From an uncultured Candidatus Saccharibacteria bacterium (GTDB taxonomy: Bacteria; Patescibacteriota; Andersenbacteria; UBA10190): 64,000 nucleotides of DNA. The stretch is taken from assembly GCA_964372635.1 (NCBI GenBank), contig CAYJQW010000005.1:44-64043 (forward strand), read 5' to 3'. Under the pieces are notes generated by a model, which was not told the origin of the DNA, made no database searches, and saw only the letters and a list, made by a program, of their open reading frames with translations. Position 1 is the stretch's first letter. Each line of letters starts with the position of its first letter. Below, in pieces: positions 41,475 through 50,433 of this stretch. Both the position numbers and the translations under genes were made by a program.

Positions 41475-42199
41475 TGGCTAAAAAACAGGTCGGAGAGATC
41501 CACCATTCAAAGGCAGTAGCAACACGACCTCAAGGGCCTGGTGTTCGACCTGGTAAGACACGATCCGACGTAAGTGTTGGTAGTCTCTTAAGAACTGCGC
41601 GTGAACACAGGCGCTTGACTCTTGATGATGTTGTTACCGAACTACACATTCCGCGTAAACATCTCATTGCTTTAGAGCAAGGTAATTTATCAGTGTTTAC
41701 CGCTGAGATCTATGCTCATGGGGCGTTTACAAAATATGCTTCCTTTTTGGATGTCCAAGCTGATCATACTCACCATGCTTTTATGCGGGTTCTTTCCGGG
41801 GCCCGTGAATTCGTGCCGTTGCGAGTGCACACACCGCGTCCGTGGTTACATGCAATGTTCACACCCCATTGGATTTTAGCCGCTGCTCTTAGCTTTGTAG
41901 CTACTATCTTGGGTGGCTATATTGCTTGGCAGGTTAACTCTTTCTTTCGTCTGCCTGGGTTGACTTTAGCCGAACCATCAGCCGGGGTTAGTGAAACCCA
42001 GAACATAACAGTGCGGGGCACAGCCGGTGGTGATGCTGACATTACTGTTAATGGCGAACAAGTTTTATTAAATCAAGACGGTCTTTTTTCCTATGATCTA
42101 GTCTTAAGAAAAGGTGTCAATACGATACGTGTTGAAGCAACCAACGGCGCGGGGAGAACCAGAACCATCACTAGAGATGTGCTTGTGCCACGACAATAG
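41474..42199 (+). CDS. HTH (XRE-type) - TM - C-terminal domain protein, RodZ-like
   Basis: LLRTAREHRRLTLDDVVTELHIPRKHLIALEQG HTH; TM (ILAAALSFVATILGGYIAW); C-terminal beta-rich domain. Its start overlaps the ftsK stop (TAATG). Confidence 0.45.
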   Translation: MAKKQVGEIHHSKAVATRPQGPGVRPGKTRSDVSVGSLLRTAREHRRLTLDDVVTELHIPRKHLIALEQGNLSVFTAEIYAHGAFTKYASFLDVQADHTHHAFMRVLSGAREFVPLRVHTPRPWLHAMFTPHWILAAALSFVATILGGYIAWQVNSFFRLPGLTLAEPSAGVSETQNITVRGTAGGDADITVNGEQVLLNQDGLFSYDLVLRKGVNTIRVEATNGAGRTRTITRDVLVPRQ

Positions 42200-42251
42200 A
42201 CGGGGTATGTTGTGGTGATGTCTCACCTAAGAAAAATTAGCTTTTAATTTA

Positions 42252-43298
42252 TTGACCAAACCTATGAATAAGGAAGCAACTAGAGAAAAAGTAAAGAAAG
42301 ATACACCGGAGACAGTAAAGCAACAGGCCGCTGACGCTGCAGTTGAAGAGATTAAAGAGCGATTCGGTGAAGGAGCGATTATGAAATTGGGTGAAGCCAG
42401 AAAAGTTGATATTGATGCCATCGCTACTGGTTCTATTTCACTCGATATTGCCTTAGGTATTAAAGGAGTTCCCAGGGGACGTATTATTGAAATCTATGGT
42501 CCTGAGTCAAGTGGAAAATCAACCCTGGCGCTCCATATCTCTGCCAATGCTCAGAAAAATAATGGTACTGTAGCGTATATTGATGCGGAACATGCTCTCG
42601 ACCCGCAATATGCTAAGCGCATAGGCGTTAATATCGATAGTCTACTCATTAGTCAGCCGGATACGGGTGAGCAGGCGCTCGAAATTGTTGAAACCTTAGT
42701 TGAGTCTGGCGCTGTTGATTTAATTGTCATTGATTCGGTCGCTGCCCTTACTCCGCGAGCCGAGATTGAAGGTGAGATGGGTGATTCACATATGGGCCTA
42801 CAAGCTAGGCTGATGAGTCAAGCTCTGCGTAAATTAACAGCCATTGTGGCTAAAACGAACACCACCGTCATTTTCATTAACCAGATTCGCATGCAGATTG
42901 GCGTTATGTTTGGCAATCCGGAAACAACTACTGGCGGCAAAGCACTTAAGTTTTACTCTTCAGTTCGAATTGAAGTTCGTCGTCGTGCCAATATTAAAAT
43001 GGGCGAGAAGATTATTGGCAATCGTGTGTTTGCGAAAGTCGTTAAGAATAAAGTTGCACCGCCATTCAAAGTGGCTGAATTTGATATTATGTATAATGAA
43101 GGCATTAGTTATGAAGGCGATATTGTTGACAAAGCACTCGAGTACAAGTTAGTTCAGAAGTCAGGGAGCTGGTTGTCGTATGGTGATATAAAAATCGGGC
43201 AGGGTCGGGAAGCGGCCAAAGCATTTTTAAGGGAAGATAAAAAAATCGCCAAGGAACTAACCATGACGATTTGGAAAAAGGTTGAAGCCGACAACTAA
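42252..43298 (+). CDS. recA: Recombinase RecA
   Basis: [38 protein letters not shown]; IDAEHALDP; and the remaining RecA blocks. Confidence 0.95.
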   Translation: MTKPMNKEATREKVKKDTPETVKQQAADAAVEEIKERFGEGAIMKLGEARKVDIDAIATGSISLDIALGIKGVPRGRIIEIYGPESSGKSTLALHISANAQKNNGTVAYIDAEHALDPQYAKRIGVNIDSLLISQPDTGEQALEIVETLVESGAVDLIVIDSVAALTPRAEIEGEMGDSHMGLQARLMSQALRKLTAIVAKTNTTVIFINQIRMQIGVMFGNPETTTGGKALKFYSSVRIEVRRRANIKMGEKIIGNRVFAKVVKNKVAPPFKVAEFDIMYNEGISYEGDIVDKALEYKLVQKSGSWLSYGDIKIGQGREAAKAFLREDKKIAKELTMTIWKKVEADN

Positions 43299-43870
43299 CT
43301 AACAGTCCGAAATTGTGCCTGCACGCAAGCACAAATTGACAGTAGTACTTGCCCATTCCAGTCGTATCCTCTCGGGCCTCGATAAATAATATGTGGCCTC
43401 GTATTTTGGTGTACTGAAATGAGAGTAATATATTCTTGACCTATGACTTGTAGACGCTGGCGTAGACATGCCATCTCAGCTGGACTTAGAACAGACAGAA
43501 TCGGGTAGTAAAATGTATACTTTCCCAGTGTTTTACTAGAGTGAATCTGGTGAGATTCAACGCGACAAGACAATAATTCAGCCAGTGATTCCAATCGTTT
43601 GACATATAATGCTGGTAGATCAAATGAAGTGGAAAGTAAATTAATGGCGCGTGATACAATCTGCTCCGTTTCAATGTTACTTGGACAACATAGGCTTATT
43701 TTTGTCCCTGTAATCCATACATCACTAACGATTTTCGGATCGTAACTATTTAGTAATCTTTGTGCGATCCGGTATCTAAGACTTGGCTTACTGTATGGTC
43801 CAACGTAATAGATGTTAATCTGATTGATCAATGGATTCAAGCGACGAGTAGGCAAAACGACGTATTCCAT
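43295..43870 (-). CDS. Hypothetical protein (191 aa), convergent with and overlapping the recA stop by 4 nt
   Basis: Long ORF with no motif I recognise. Confidence 0.3.
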   Translation of the reverse strand: MEYVVLPTRRLNPLINQINIYYVGPYSKPSLRYRIAQRLLNSYDPKIVSDVWITGTKISLCCPSNIETEQIVSRAINLLSTSFDLPALYVKRLESLAELLSCRVESHQIHSSKTLGKYTFYYPILSVLSPAEMACLRQRLQVIGQEYITLISVHQNTRPHIIYRGPRGYDWNGQVLLSICACVQAQFRTVS

Positions 43871-43935
43871 TGCACACCTCCATAGGTTAAACAGGCAATT
43901 GGAAAGAACGATTAATAATTCATCAGCCTAGCTTG

Positions 43936-44235
43936 TTACTTTAAGGATGACAAGAGTTTCTCCCAATCATCATCGGCGGCGGATCTATTTCTTTTTGTGA
44001 GTCCGCAGCGTCGACATTTCTGCGTCAACTTAAGAGTATAGGGGTCTGAACCTTCATACGATATGGTTGGCATAAGGCCGTGGCAAGTTGCCGCCCGATC
44101 ACCTGGCACTGTAGCATCAACGTGTTTACTAGTGAAACAGCTTGGGCAATGGTTACGACAAGTACCTTGAGCCGGTGGTACAGTCTGACCACAAGACTCA
44201 CAATTAAAGCTATCGTTACGAGGGATGAAGCTCAT
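43936..44235 (-). CDS. RNHCP domain-containing Cys-rich small protein
   Basis: Contains the literal CRNHCPSC motif and further Cys pairs (CESCG..., CRRCG) typical of the RNHCP zinc-ribbon-like domain. Confidence 0.5.
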   Translation of the reverse strand: MSFIPRNDSFNCESCGQTVPPAQGTCRNHCPSCFTSKHVDATVPGDRAATCHGLMPTISYEGSDPYTLKLTQKCRRCGLTKRNRSAADDDWEKLLSSLK

Positions 44236-44446
44236 AGTTCAAAACACAAATATTAAAACACAAAAAAACAAACAAAGCCTAACGATGCACAGCCCAAACC
44301 ACATTGTTTGTGCATTTGTGAGTTTGGAAACTGGATTTTATTTAGACTTTGGATAAAGTGATTTGGTGATTTTCTAGGCGACAATGCGTTTTGAAAATGT
44401 TCTTTGCTTGGACTTTGTGCACGTCTGTGTTTTGTGCTTTCTCTAA

Positions 44447-44665
44447 CTATTGACCTCGATAGCCAAGTAATCCCATCTCACGAGCTCGCTTAACTTCTCT
44501 GGCAACATGGCGCTGCGCTTTTGCAGACAGGCCAGTTTTCCGGCGAGGATAAATTTTATTTTGACTGCTGATAAATCGACGCAGAATATCGGTATCACGA
44601 AAAGTGATACTCTTCAAAATTTCATCAGGGATATAAATTGGTTCACGACGTTTTCTTATAGGCAT
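44447..44665 (-). CDS. rpsR: 30S ribosomal protein S18
   Basis: ITFRDTDILRRFISSQNKIYPRRKTGLSAKAQRHVAREVKRAREMGLL. Confidence 0.85.
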   Translation of the reverse strand: MPIRKRREPIYIPDEILKSITFRDTDILRRFISSQNKIYPRRKTGLSAKAQRHVAREVKRAREMGLLGYRGQ

Positions 44666-44806
44666 AGATTACATTATTGACATAAAAATATTCTTAAAGT
44701 TTACTATGATCTTCAAAATTAGCTCCGCGAATTTCCGGCAGCTATTTTCAAATTCGTTACATGATTGTTTATCAAAAAATTACTAAAGTCCATAGGTGTG
44801 TTGTGC

Positions 44807-45265
44807 TTAGAAAGGAATATCCTCAATTCTGATTTCTTCATCACTTGTGGCCGCTACGGTGACGACTGGTGTGGGTTTTGGAGATTCGATGGCCGCCTGT
44901 TGAGTTTTTTGATCAGATGTTTTTACAGACCATTCACTGCGACTACCGAGCATAATCATATTATCGGCTACTATTTCAGTCCGATAATTTTTCTTGCCGT
45001 CGTTGCCTTCCCAGTTGCGAGTCTGGAGGTGTCCTTCAACATAAATTTGCCGTCCTTTGCTTAAGTATTGAGCACAGATTTCGGCCAGACGACGCCAGGC
45101 GACGATATTGTGATACTCGGTTGCATCACGTTGATTACCCTTATCATCTTTCCAAACTCGGTTAGTGGCTATACTAAAATTTGTTACACTAACACCTTGC
45201 GGTGTAGTTTTCACTTCAGGATCGCGAGTCAAGCGTCCGATGAGCATAACTTTGTTTAGATCCAT
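44807..45265 (-). CDS. ssb: Single-stranded DNA-binding protein
   Basis: MDLNKVMLIGRLTRDPE OB-fold start, with a C-terminal acidic tail ending DIPF. Confidence 0.9.
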   Translation of the reverse strand: MDLNKVMLIGRLTRDPEVKTTPQGVSVTNFSIATNRVWKDDKGNQRDATEYHNIVAWRRLAEICAQYLSKGRQIYVEGHLQTRNWEGNDGKKNYRTEIVADNMIMLGSRSEWSVKTSDQKTQQAAIESPKPTPVVTVAATSDEEIRIEDIPF

Positions 45266-45273
45266 ATAAGTGT

Positions 45274-45705
45274 TTACTTTACTTCTTCCTCAAGCGCCTT
45301 TTTAATTTTGGCCTCGACTTCTTCTTCGGACATTTCTTTAGCCGGCTTAGCTATTGCTTTTCTTGGTTCCGTATAGGCTTTTGTTGCCGCTTCAAAGGTG
45401 CTTAAGGCAATTTCTTCGCGCTTAGTGGTCTGAAGAATGGATGTTCTGATAACTCCCTCTTCTTTCTTAAGCAGGCTGCGGATATCGGCAATATGAGCTG
45501 GATCAATAGAGGCTTGAATCGTGCGCAAAAAACCCGCTTGCTGTTTCTGGATAGGATAAATTAGTCTGCGGCGAATACTGTCTGAATTCCAACTTATAGC
45601 CCCTTGTTTATCTTCAATGATCTTATCAATCTTATTATTAAGTTCACTGCGAATCTCGTCAGTTAAGCCAAGAGCCGAAACGTAGCTAATTTCATATTCC
45701 TTCAT
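45274..45705 (-). CDS. rpsF: 30S ribosomal protein S6
   Basis: MKEYEISYV start; size and the conserved rpsF-ssb-rpsR operon order. Confidence 0.75.
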   Translation of the reverse strand: MKEYEISYVSALGLTDEIRSELNNKIDKIIEDKQGAISWNSDSIRRRLIYPIQKQQAGFLRTIQASIDPAHIADIRSLLKKEEGVIRTSILQTTKREEIALSTFEAATKAYTEPRKAIAKPAKEMSEEEVEAKIKKALEEEVK

Positions 45706-45898
45706 AGAGTCTGAACAGAATACAGTATTCCCTTAAATTAAGCAAACTGACGTGCGGAATTGATAATTGACCATAAGAGAGTCGGGTGTAAGCTTTAGAA
45801 TACTAGTATACTTTCGTTTAACCGGTAAGCAAAAAATGATCTGCCATTTATGGCAAGCGTCCTGCACCTTAAAAATCAATTTTTTGGAGGCTACCGTT

Positions 45899-46228
45899 AT
45901 GTCTCATCAAAAACAAAAGTTGGTACTAAAAAAGACGTGCCAGCGCAAGAATCGGGATCGTTTCATCTTTGTTGATCCAGTAACTGGTCAACAAGTTGGC
46001 AGCGGCGATGGTTCTGAAACCACAGTTCGAAAAATGTTGCTTAAAAAATTTCCGCATTTATCCGAAAACCAAGTTACTAATCTGTTTAAGAATGCTCGCA
46101 TGTGCTACGACACGGAGCACAATTTAGATGTCCCAAATCTTGAAATGACAGCTGAAAACGATGATTGTGATTTTGAAAGCGACTTTTTCACTGATGATAT
46201 GCCTGACGATGATGATATGATTGGCTGA
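45899..46228 (+). CDS. Small hypothetical protein with strongly acidic C-terminus (109 aa from ATG 45899)
   Basis: GGAGG 7 nt upstream of ATG 45899. C-terminus DDCDFESDFFTDDMPDDDDMIG. Followed by an intrinsic terminator. Confidence 0.4.
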   Translation: MSHQKQKLVLKKTCQRKNRDRFIFVDPVTGQQVGSGDGSETTVRKMLLKKFPHLSENQVTNLFKNARMCYDTEHNLDVPNLEMTAENDDCDFESDFFTDDMPDDDDMIG

Positions 46229-46246
46229 AGCATTGCAACTTATTTT

Positions 46247-46276
46247 CCCTTGGTATTAAATACCAGGGGATTTTAT
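46247..46276 (+). terminator. Intrinsic terminator (10 bp stem cccttggtat/ataccagggg, 3 nt loop, then ATTTTAT)
   Basis: Read directly from sequence. Lies between the small acidic gene (+) and the ychF 3' end (-). Confidence 0.5.
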
Positions 46277-47367
46277 ACAGAAAACTTAAATAGCATAATG
46301 TCACCATCTCGCACAATGTACTCTTTACCTTCATTCCTGACTTTGCCAGCTGAACGTGCTGCCGCATAAGATCCGGCTGTAATTAAATCATCATATGCCA
46401 CTGTCTCAGCCCGGATAAAGCCGCGCTCGAAGTCAGAATGAATTTTTCCAGCGGCCTGCGGGGCTGTGCTGCCCGAGACTACTGTCCAGGCACGGGATTC
46501 AGTCGGGCCGGTAGTTAGAAATGTAATTAATCCCAAGAGTTGATAACTGGCGGCGATCAGACGATCAAGACCAGTTTCTTTCAATCCGTATTCTTGTAAA
46601 AAAGTAAACCTATCCTCGTTTGAGAGTTCTATAACTTCCTGTTCAATCTTTATACTTAAAGGAAGTACGGGAGAAAATATTTTTTTAAACTTCGCAATAG
46701 CCTCATCTTTTTTTATTTGGGTTTCACTGACATTGGCTAAATAAAGCGTTGGCTTAGCTGTTAAGAGAGAAAATGAGCGAATAATCTCTTGTTCTTCTTT
46801 CCTTAATGGCAAATCACGTGCTGGTTTACCAGCGGATAAATGATCCTCAAGTTTTTTAAGCGCCACTATTTTAACTTTCCAGCGTAGTCCATTGGGTGAA
46901 GTGGGGCTGTTTCCTTTAGCATCATGTTCTGCTTGTTGCTTAGCCTTACTCACTAATTCCAAGTCTGCCAAGGCTAATTCTGTTTCAATGGTAGCCACAT
47001 CAGCTTGGGGATCTACTTTGTTATCTACATGAATGGTATTGAGATCTTCAAAAAATCTCACAACATGAACAATTGCATCAACTTCACGAATGTGTGAGAG
47101 GAACTTGTTGCCCAGACCCTCGCCTTTATGTGCCCCCTTGACCAACCCGGCAATATCAACAAACTCGATAGTCGTTGGTGTAATTTTGGCAGATTTAGAC
47201 AGCACTAAAAGTTTTTCTAAACGTTGATCAGGCACCGGCACCACACCCACATTTGGTTCGATAGTGGTAAAAGGAAAATTCGCACTTTCGGCGGCTTGCT
47301 TAGTGAGCGCATTAAATAGAGTACTTTTACCTACGTTAGGTAAACCGACTATTCCTGCTTTTAACAT
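46273..47367 (-). CDS. ychF: Ribosome-binding ATPase YchF (Obg-family GTPase)
   Basis: [22 protein letters not shown], a G-domain, and a C-terminal TGS domain. Confidence 0.9.
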   Translation of the reverse strand: MLKAGIVGLPNVGKSTLFNALTKQAAESANFPFTTIEPNVGVVPVPDQRLEKLLVLSKSAKITPTTIEFVDIAGLVKGAHKGEGLGNKFLSHIREVDAIVHVVRFFEDLNTIHVDNKVDPQADVATIETELALADLELVSKAKQQAEHDAKGNSPTSPNGLRWKVKIVALKKLEDHLSAGKPARDLPLRKEEQEIIRSFSLLTAKPTLYLANVSETQIKKDEAIAKFKKIFSPVLPLSIKIEQEVIELSNEDRFTFLQEYGLKETGLDRLIAASYQLLGLITFLTTGPTESRAWTVVSGSTAPQAAGKIHSDFERGFIRAETVAYDDLITAGSYAAARSAGKVRNEGKEYIVRDGDIMLFKFSV

Positions 47368-47412
47368 TCATTATATGTAGCTCGACCGTCATCTTTCGGC
47401 AAGGGTGCAATG
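47357..47412 (+). repeat. Repeat copy A (degenerate): the real ychF start and upstream region
   Basis: cttttaaCATtcattatatgt...ctttcggcaag shares blocks with copies B and C. CAT at 47365-47367 is the ychF ATG on the minus strand. Confidence 0.55.
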
Positions 47413-47480
47413 GAAAATCAAGGCGCCTATATAAGCCAGTTTGCTAGTCAGTAGAAGTAAGAAAGAGATTAATTGTACTT

Positions 47481-47513
47481 GACCCCTTTTTGACCCCTTT
47501 TTGTCTTTTTGTC
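47481..47513 (+). repeat. Short tandem repeat gaccccttttt x2 plus gtcttttt gtc
   Basis: Direct reading of the sequence between repeat copies A and B. Confidence 0.6.
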
Positions 47514-47517
47514 ATAC

Positions 47518-47573
47518 AACTTTTAACATTTCTTATATGTCGCGGCGGTGTCGTTTCGGCAAGAATCGGAACA
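47518..47573 (+). repeat. Repeat copy B (left boundary of the GC-rich block), ~54 nt identical to copy C
   Basis: acttttaacatttcttatatgtcgcggcggtgtcgtttcggcaagaatcg. On the minus strand it retains ATGTTAAAAG, which mimics the ychF start codons. Confidence 0.65.
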
Positions 47574-47599
47574 ACATCGACCAATGGGAGCAGTAACTA

Positions 47600-49063
47600 C
47601 TATTGCCGTCGAACTATGTTGGCTTCATTCTTCGTAAATATGTTGCGGCTGGCGTGACTGAAGCTGGGGTTGACGTGGTCTAGAAATATCGCTGCTTTCT
47701 GGCTCCTGACGATCGTGTTGGCCGTAAGTGTGTTATTGCGAACGTCGTCTTTTAGGTAAATGCCATAGCGGTTTCCGACCAACTTGTTGTCAAGCACTAT
47801 GTTTTTGTCCGTTCGAAGGTATACGCCACCACGACTGTTAGTGATTGTGTTGTTTCTGATAATCGTGTTTCCCGCTCCTTGATAGAGATACACACCGTAG
47901 TCGCGATTGTTTGCCAGTGTGTTGTATTCGACGAGGTTGCTGGTGGCAGGATCGTTAATGCGGATGCCGTTATTGTTGTCGTACGCCGTATTGTGGCGGA
48001 TGACGTTGTTGCTAGAACGATACACAGCGATTCCGTCCTGGTTGTTGTAAACCGTGTTGTCTTCTAACAAGTTATTGTGTGAGTCTTCATGAATTATAAT
48101 CCCGTGGCCTTGGTTATCATAGGAGATGTTGCCGCGGAAGGTATTACCGCGGCAGCGTTCGGAGACAATGATTCCGTGCTTGCCGTTGTGGTGAGCGCGG
48201 TTGCCGACGATCAGAGCGTAGTTAGAATCATTGTACGGATCGAGACCATAAATCACGTTGCGGTATAGCTCATTGTTAAGCCAGTTCATACCTACAGCTC
48301 CGAAAGTGTAGGTGCCGTAGTAGTTATGATGGAAGGAGCTTCCTCGTACCTCACCGGTCAAGAGGTGTACGCCCGACGTATCATCCGCTCGCCAACTAAC
48401 GCCGTAGTGGCCGCTTATGTTCGGCTGCGAGGCGTATCCAAGATAGGCAAGCTCGGCATCAATAATGTCCATGCGGGCATCCTGACCGGCACGGACATAG
48501 GCGCGGCCATCCTGCCAGCGGTAGTCATAGTCGCGCGCCTGCACGTCCCACGAGGTCAGACGCACACCTTCAATATAGATGCGACCTTGAACGACACGAA
48601 TCCAGACAAATTTTTCCGGTGTGCTGGTTAGCTTGAGGTCGGTTACCTCGGTAACTGTTAGTTCCAGCAGCACATCGCGATTAATCAGCAGATTAGTTTT
48701 TAGCAGCCAACTTGTTAATCCCAGCTGCTGTACGTGGTCGGGGCCAAGTGCGCGGGACAGGTCGGACATAGTCACGCTCGTGCCGGGGCCGCTGACGCTG
48801 ATCCTATCTTTCTCCGGCTCGTAGACAATTGTCGGTTTAGCCGACTGGTTTGTGGTGGCACGCAACGCCGCATCAGTGATGTCGTAACGGTGCAGCGGCA
48901 CGGTGATAAGTTGGTCGGCTACAAATTGCTGCCTCTGATTAACCGCAGTGAGATCAGCCACAGTGGTGTGGTAGCGGCGAGCAATCAGCGACATTGTATC
49001 TCCGTTCTTCCAGACGTAGGGAGCATCCCAGGTCTCGGTTGTGCGGTAAGCAGGCGCGGTCAC
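47600..49063 (-). CDS. LysM + right-handed parallel beta-helix (PbH1 repeat; pectate-lyase/NosD/AlgG-like) protein, no signal peptide
   Basis: N-terminal LysM-like YVWKNGDTMSLIARRYHTTVADLTAVNQ...LITVPL. About 9 PbH1-type repeats (NNQDGIAVYRSSNNVIRHNTAYDNNNGIRIN...). Start overlaps the GT2 stop (ATGA). Confidence 0.65.
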   Translation of the reverse strand: MTAPAYRTTETWDAPYVWKNGDTMSLIARRYHTTVADLTAVNQRQQFVADQLITVPLHRYDITDAALRATTNQSAKPTIVYEPEKDRISVSGPGTSVTMSDLSRALGPDHVQQLGLTSWLLKTNLLINRDVLLELTVTEVTDLKLTSTPEKFVWIRVVQGRIYIEGVRLTSWDVQARDYDYRWQDGRAYVRAGQDARMDIIDAELAYLGYASQPNISGHYGVSWRADDTSGVHLLTGEVRGSSFHHNYYGTYTFGAVGMNWLNNELYRNVIYGLDPYNDSNYALIVGNRAHHNGKHGIIVSERCRGNTFRGNISYDNQGHGIIIHEDSHNNLLEDNTVYNNQDGIAVYRSSNNVIRHNTAYDNNNGIRINDPATSNLVEYNTLANNRDYGVYLYQGAGNTIIRNNTITNSRGGVYLRTDKNIVLDNKLVGNRYGIYLKDDVRNNTLTANTIVRSQKAAIFLDHVNPSFSHASRNIFTKNEANIVRRQ

Positions 49064-50433
49064 CTGGAAAGCGGCCAGGTGGTGGGTGGGTTACTAAGTG
49101 CGGATTCGTCAATACTCTCTGCTCTGACGGTTGTCGGGGTTAACTGGCTTGTCCCGTAAACCACCCCACTTAAAACCACAATAATTACGGCGGTTGCTCC
49201 ATAGGCTGCTATTAACTTGAGCCAGGTGTGTTGTGGCAAGCGGTTTTTATCCCAGCGAGTGATCCAACCTTGCTGGTTCATAGTAATAAGTGCGTATATG
49301 CGCACGAAAGCTGTAATAAAGGTGTACAAGATGTAGATTGGCAAAAGGACGATGTCTGCCGGCCGACGCCGCAGGTGCGACCAGAGGCGAATTAGGCGGC
49401 TGGCGTGCCACCACACCAGCACAATTCCGGCAGCCAACCAATATTCGCGCAGCAGTGCAGCGGCAAAATAAAGTGGTGAGAACAACAGCACAAACGGCTG
49501 AATCATTTGATCGACAATAAAGAACGCCAACGCAGGATGTCGCCAAACCCAGCCCTCCCAAAGGGCCCGCAGGTTGGCTCGCCAACTGTTACGAGTCCAG
49601 CGCAATCGCTGCTTCAGTAGTATTCCCAGTCGGTCAGCGCCCGGCGTAAAGACGCGGGCAGTTTGCTGAAACGCCAGGTGCCAGCCTTTTGCGGCAACCA
49701 GATAGGTGAGACGTTTATCTTCGCCGCTTATGACAGGTTTGCCCCAAAAAGTTTCGTTGACCATATCCGGCAGCACAGGCAAGAGCGTCTGGCGGCGGTA
49801 CAAGGCGGTGCGCCCTGACAAGCAAGTCAGTACGGTGCCGCTTCCGGCTAGATACGGCATTTCATCGGAGTAGCGCAGATCGAGTTGAATATCGAATAGG
49901 GCCTGGGCGACTGTCGTGACCGCTAGCACATTTTGCCGAGTGGCCACGCCACCCACACGGGGGTCACTAAAAGCTGGCAGCGCTTCGGTTAACATAGTTG
50001 GATCCCACAACGTGTCGCTGTCAACTAGAGCAATTATATCGCCGGTAGCCGCCCGCGCGCCGTCGGCCAAAGCCTGTCGCTTACCGGGCGTGGTGGTCAC
50101 AATCAGCTTCGCGGCCGGGTATTGGGCCGCAAACTTACGAAACACCTGCTGGCAGGATTTATCCGTGTGGTCAATGACGGCAATAATCTCGAGTGGGTCG
50201 TTCGCCTGCCAGGAATATAGAGCTTGCTGAAATAATGTAGGTTCTTCGTTATACACTGGCGTGACGACAGACACCGAGCCGCGATACACACCGCGCATCG
50301 GTCGGTAGCGCCGGCCCATCACTTTCTTATATAACCAGACACTCCAACGCCAGATGCCGACAACACTGAGAGGAAAATAAAACGCGATCAGACCTGGGAT
50401 GTCGTGCACTTCAATTGAAAAAAAGTCAGTCAC
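49060..50433 (-). CDS. Processive family-2 glycosyltransferase (hyaluronan/cellobiuronan/cellulose-synthase-like, QxxRW)
   Basis: N-terminal TM helices; GT-A domain with VVTPVYNEEP, DSDT (DxD) and QRLRW; C-terminal TM bundle. Size (457 aa) and topology resemble HasA/Cps3S-type membrane synthases. Confidence 0.75.
   Translation of the reverse strand: MTDFFSIEVHDIPGLIAFYFPLSVVGIWRWSVWLYKKVMGRRYRPMRGVYRGSVSVVTPVYNEEPTLFQQALYSWQANDPLEIIAVIDHTDKSCQQVFRKFAAQYPAAKLIVTTTPGKRQALADGARAATGDIIALVDSDTLWDPTMLTEALPAFSDPRVGGVATRQNVLAVTTVAQALFDIQLDLRYSDEMPYLAGSGTVLTCLSGRTALYRRQTLLPVLPDMVNETFWGKPVISGEDKRLTYLVAAKGWHLAFQQTARVFTPGADRLGILLKQRLRWTRNSWRANLRALWEGWVWRHPALAFFIVDQMIQPFVLLFSPLYFAAALLREYWLAAGIVLVWWHASRLIRLWSHLRRRPADIVLLPIYILYTFITAFVRIYALITMNQQGWITRWDKNRLPQHTWLKLIAAYGATAVIIVVLSGVVYGTSQLTPTTVRAESIDESALSNPPTTWPLSR

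Noticed and set aside
43295-43870. The 191 aa minus-strand ORF after recA as recX
   Set aside because: RecX is normally co-directional with recA and alpha-helical-repeat-rich. This ORF is on the opposite strand with no RecX-like repeats. Left as hypothetical.
47481-47513. Short tandem repeats as a CRISPR array
   Set aside because: Only 2-3 copies of an 11-mer with no spacers and no cas genes. A simple tandem repeat.
49247-50291. Multiple 60-112 aa ORFs on both strands inside the GT2 and UGDH genes
   Set aside because: GC-rich DNA generates long spurious ORFs. They overlap genes with clear catalytic motifs.
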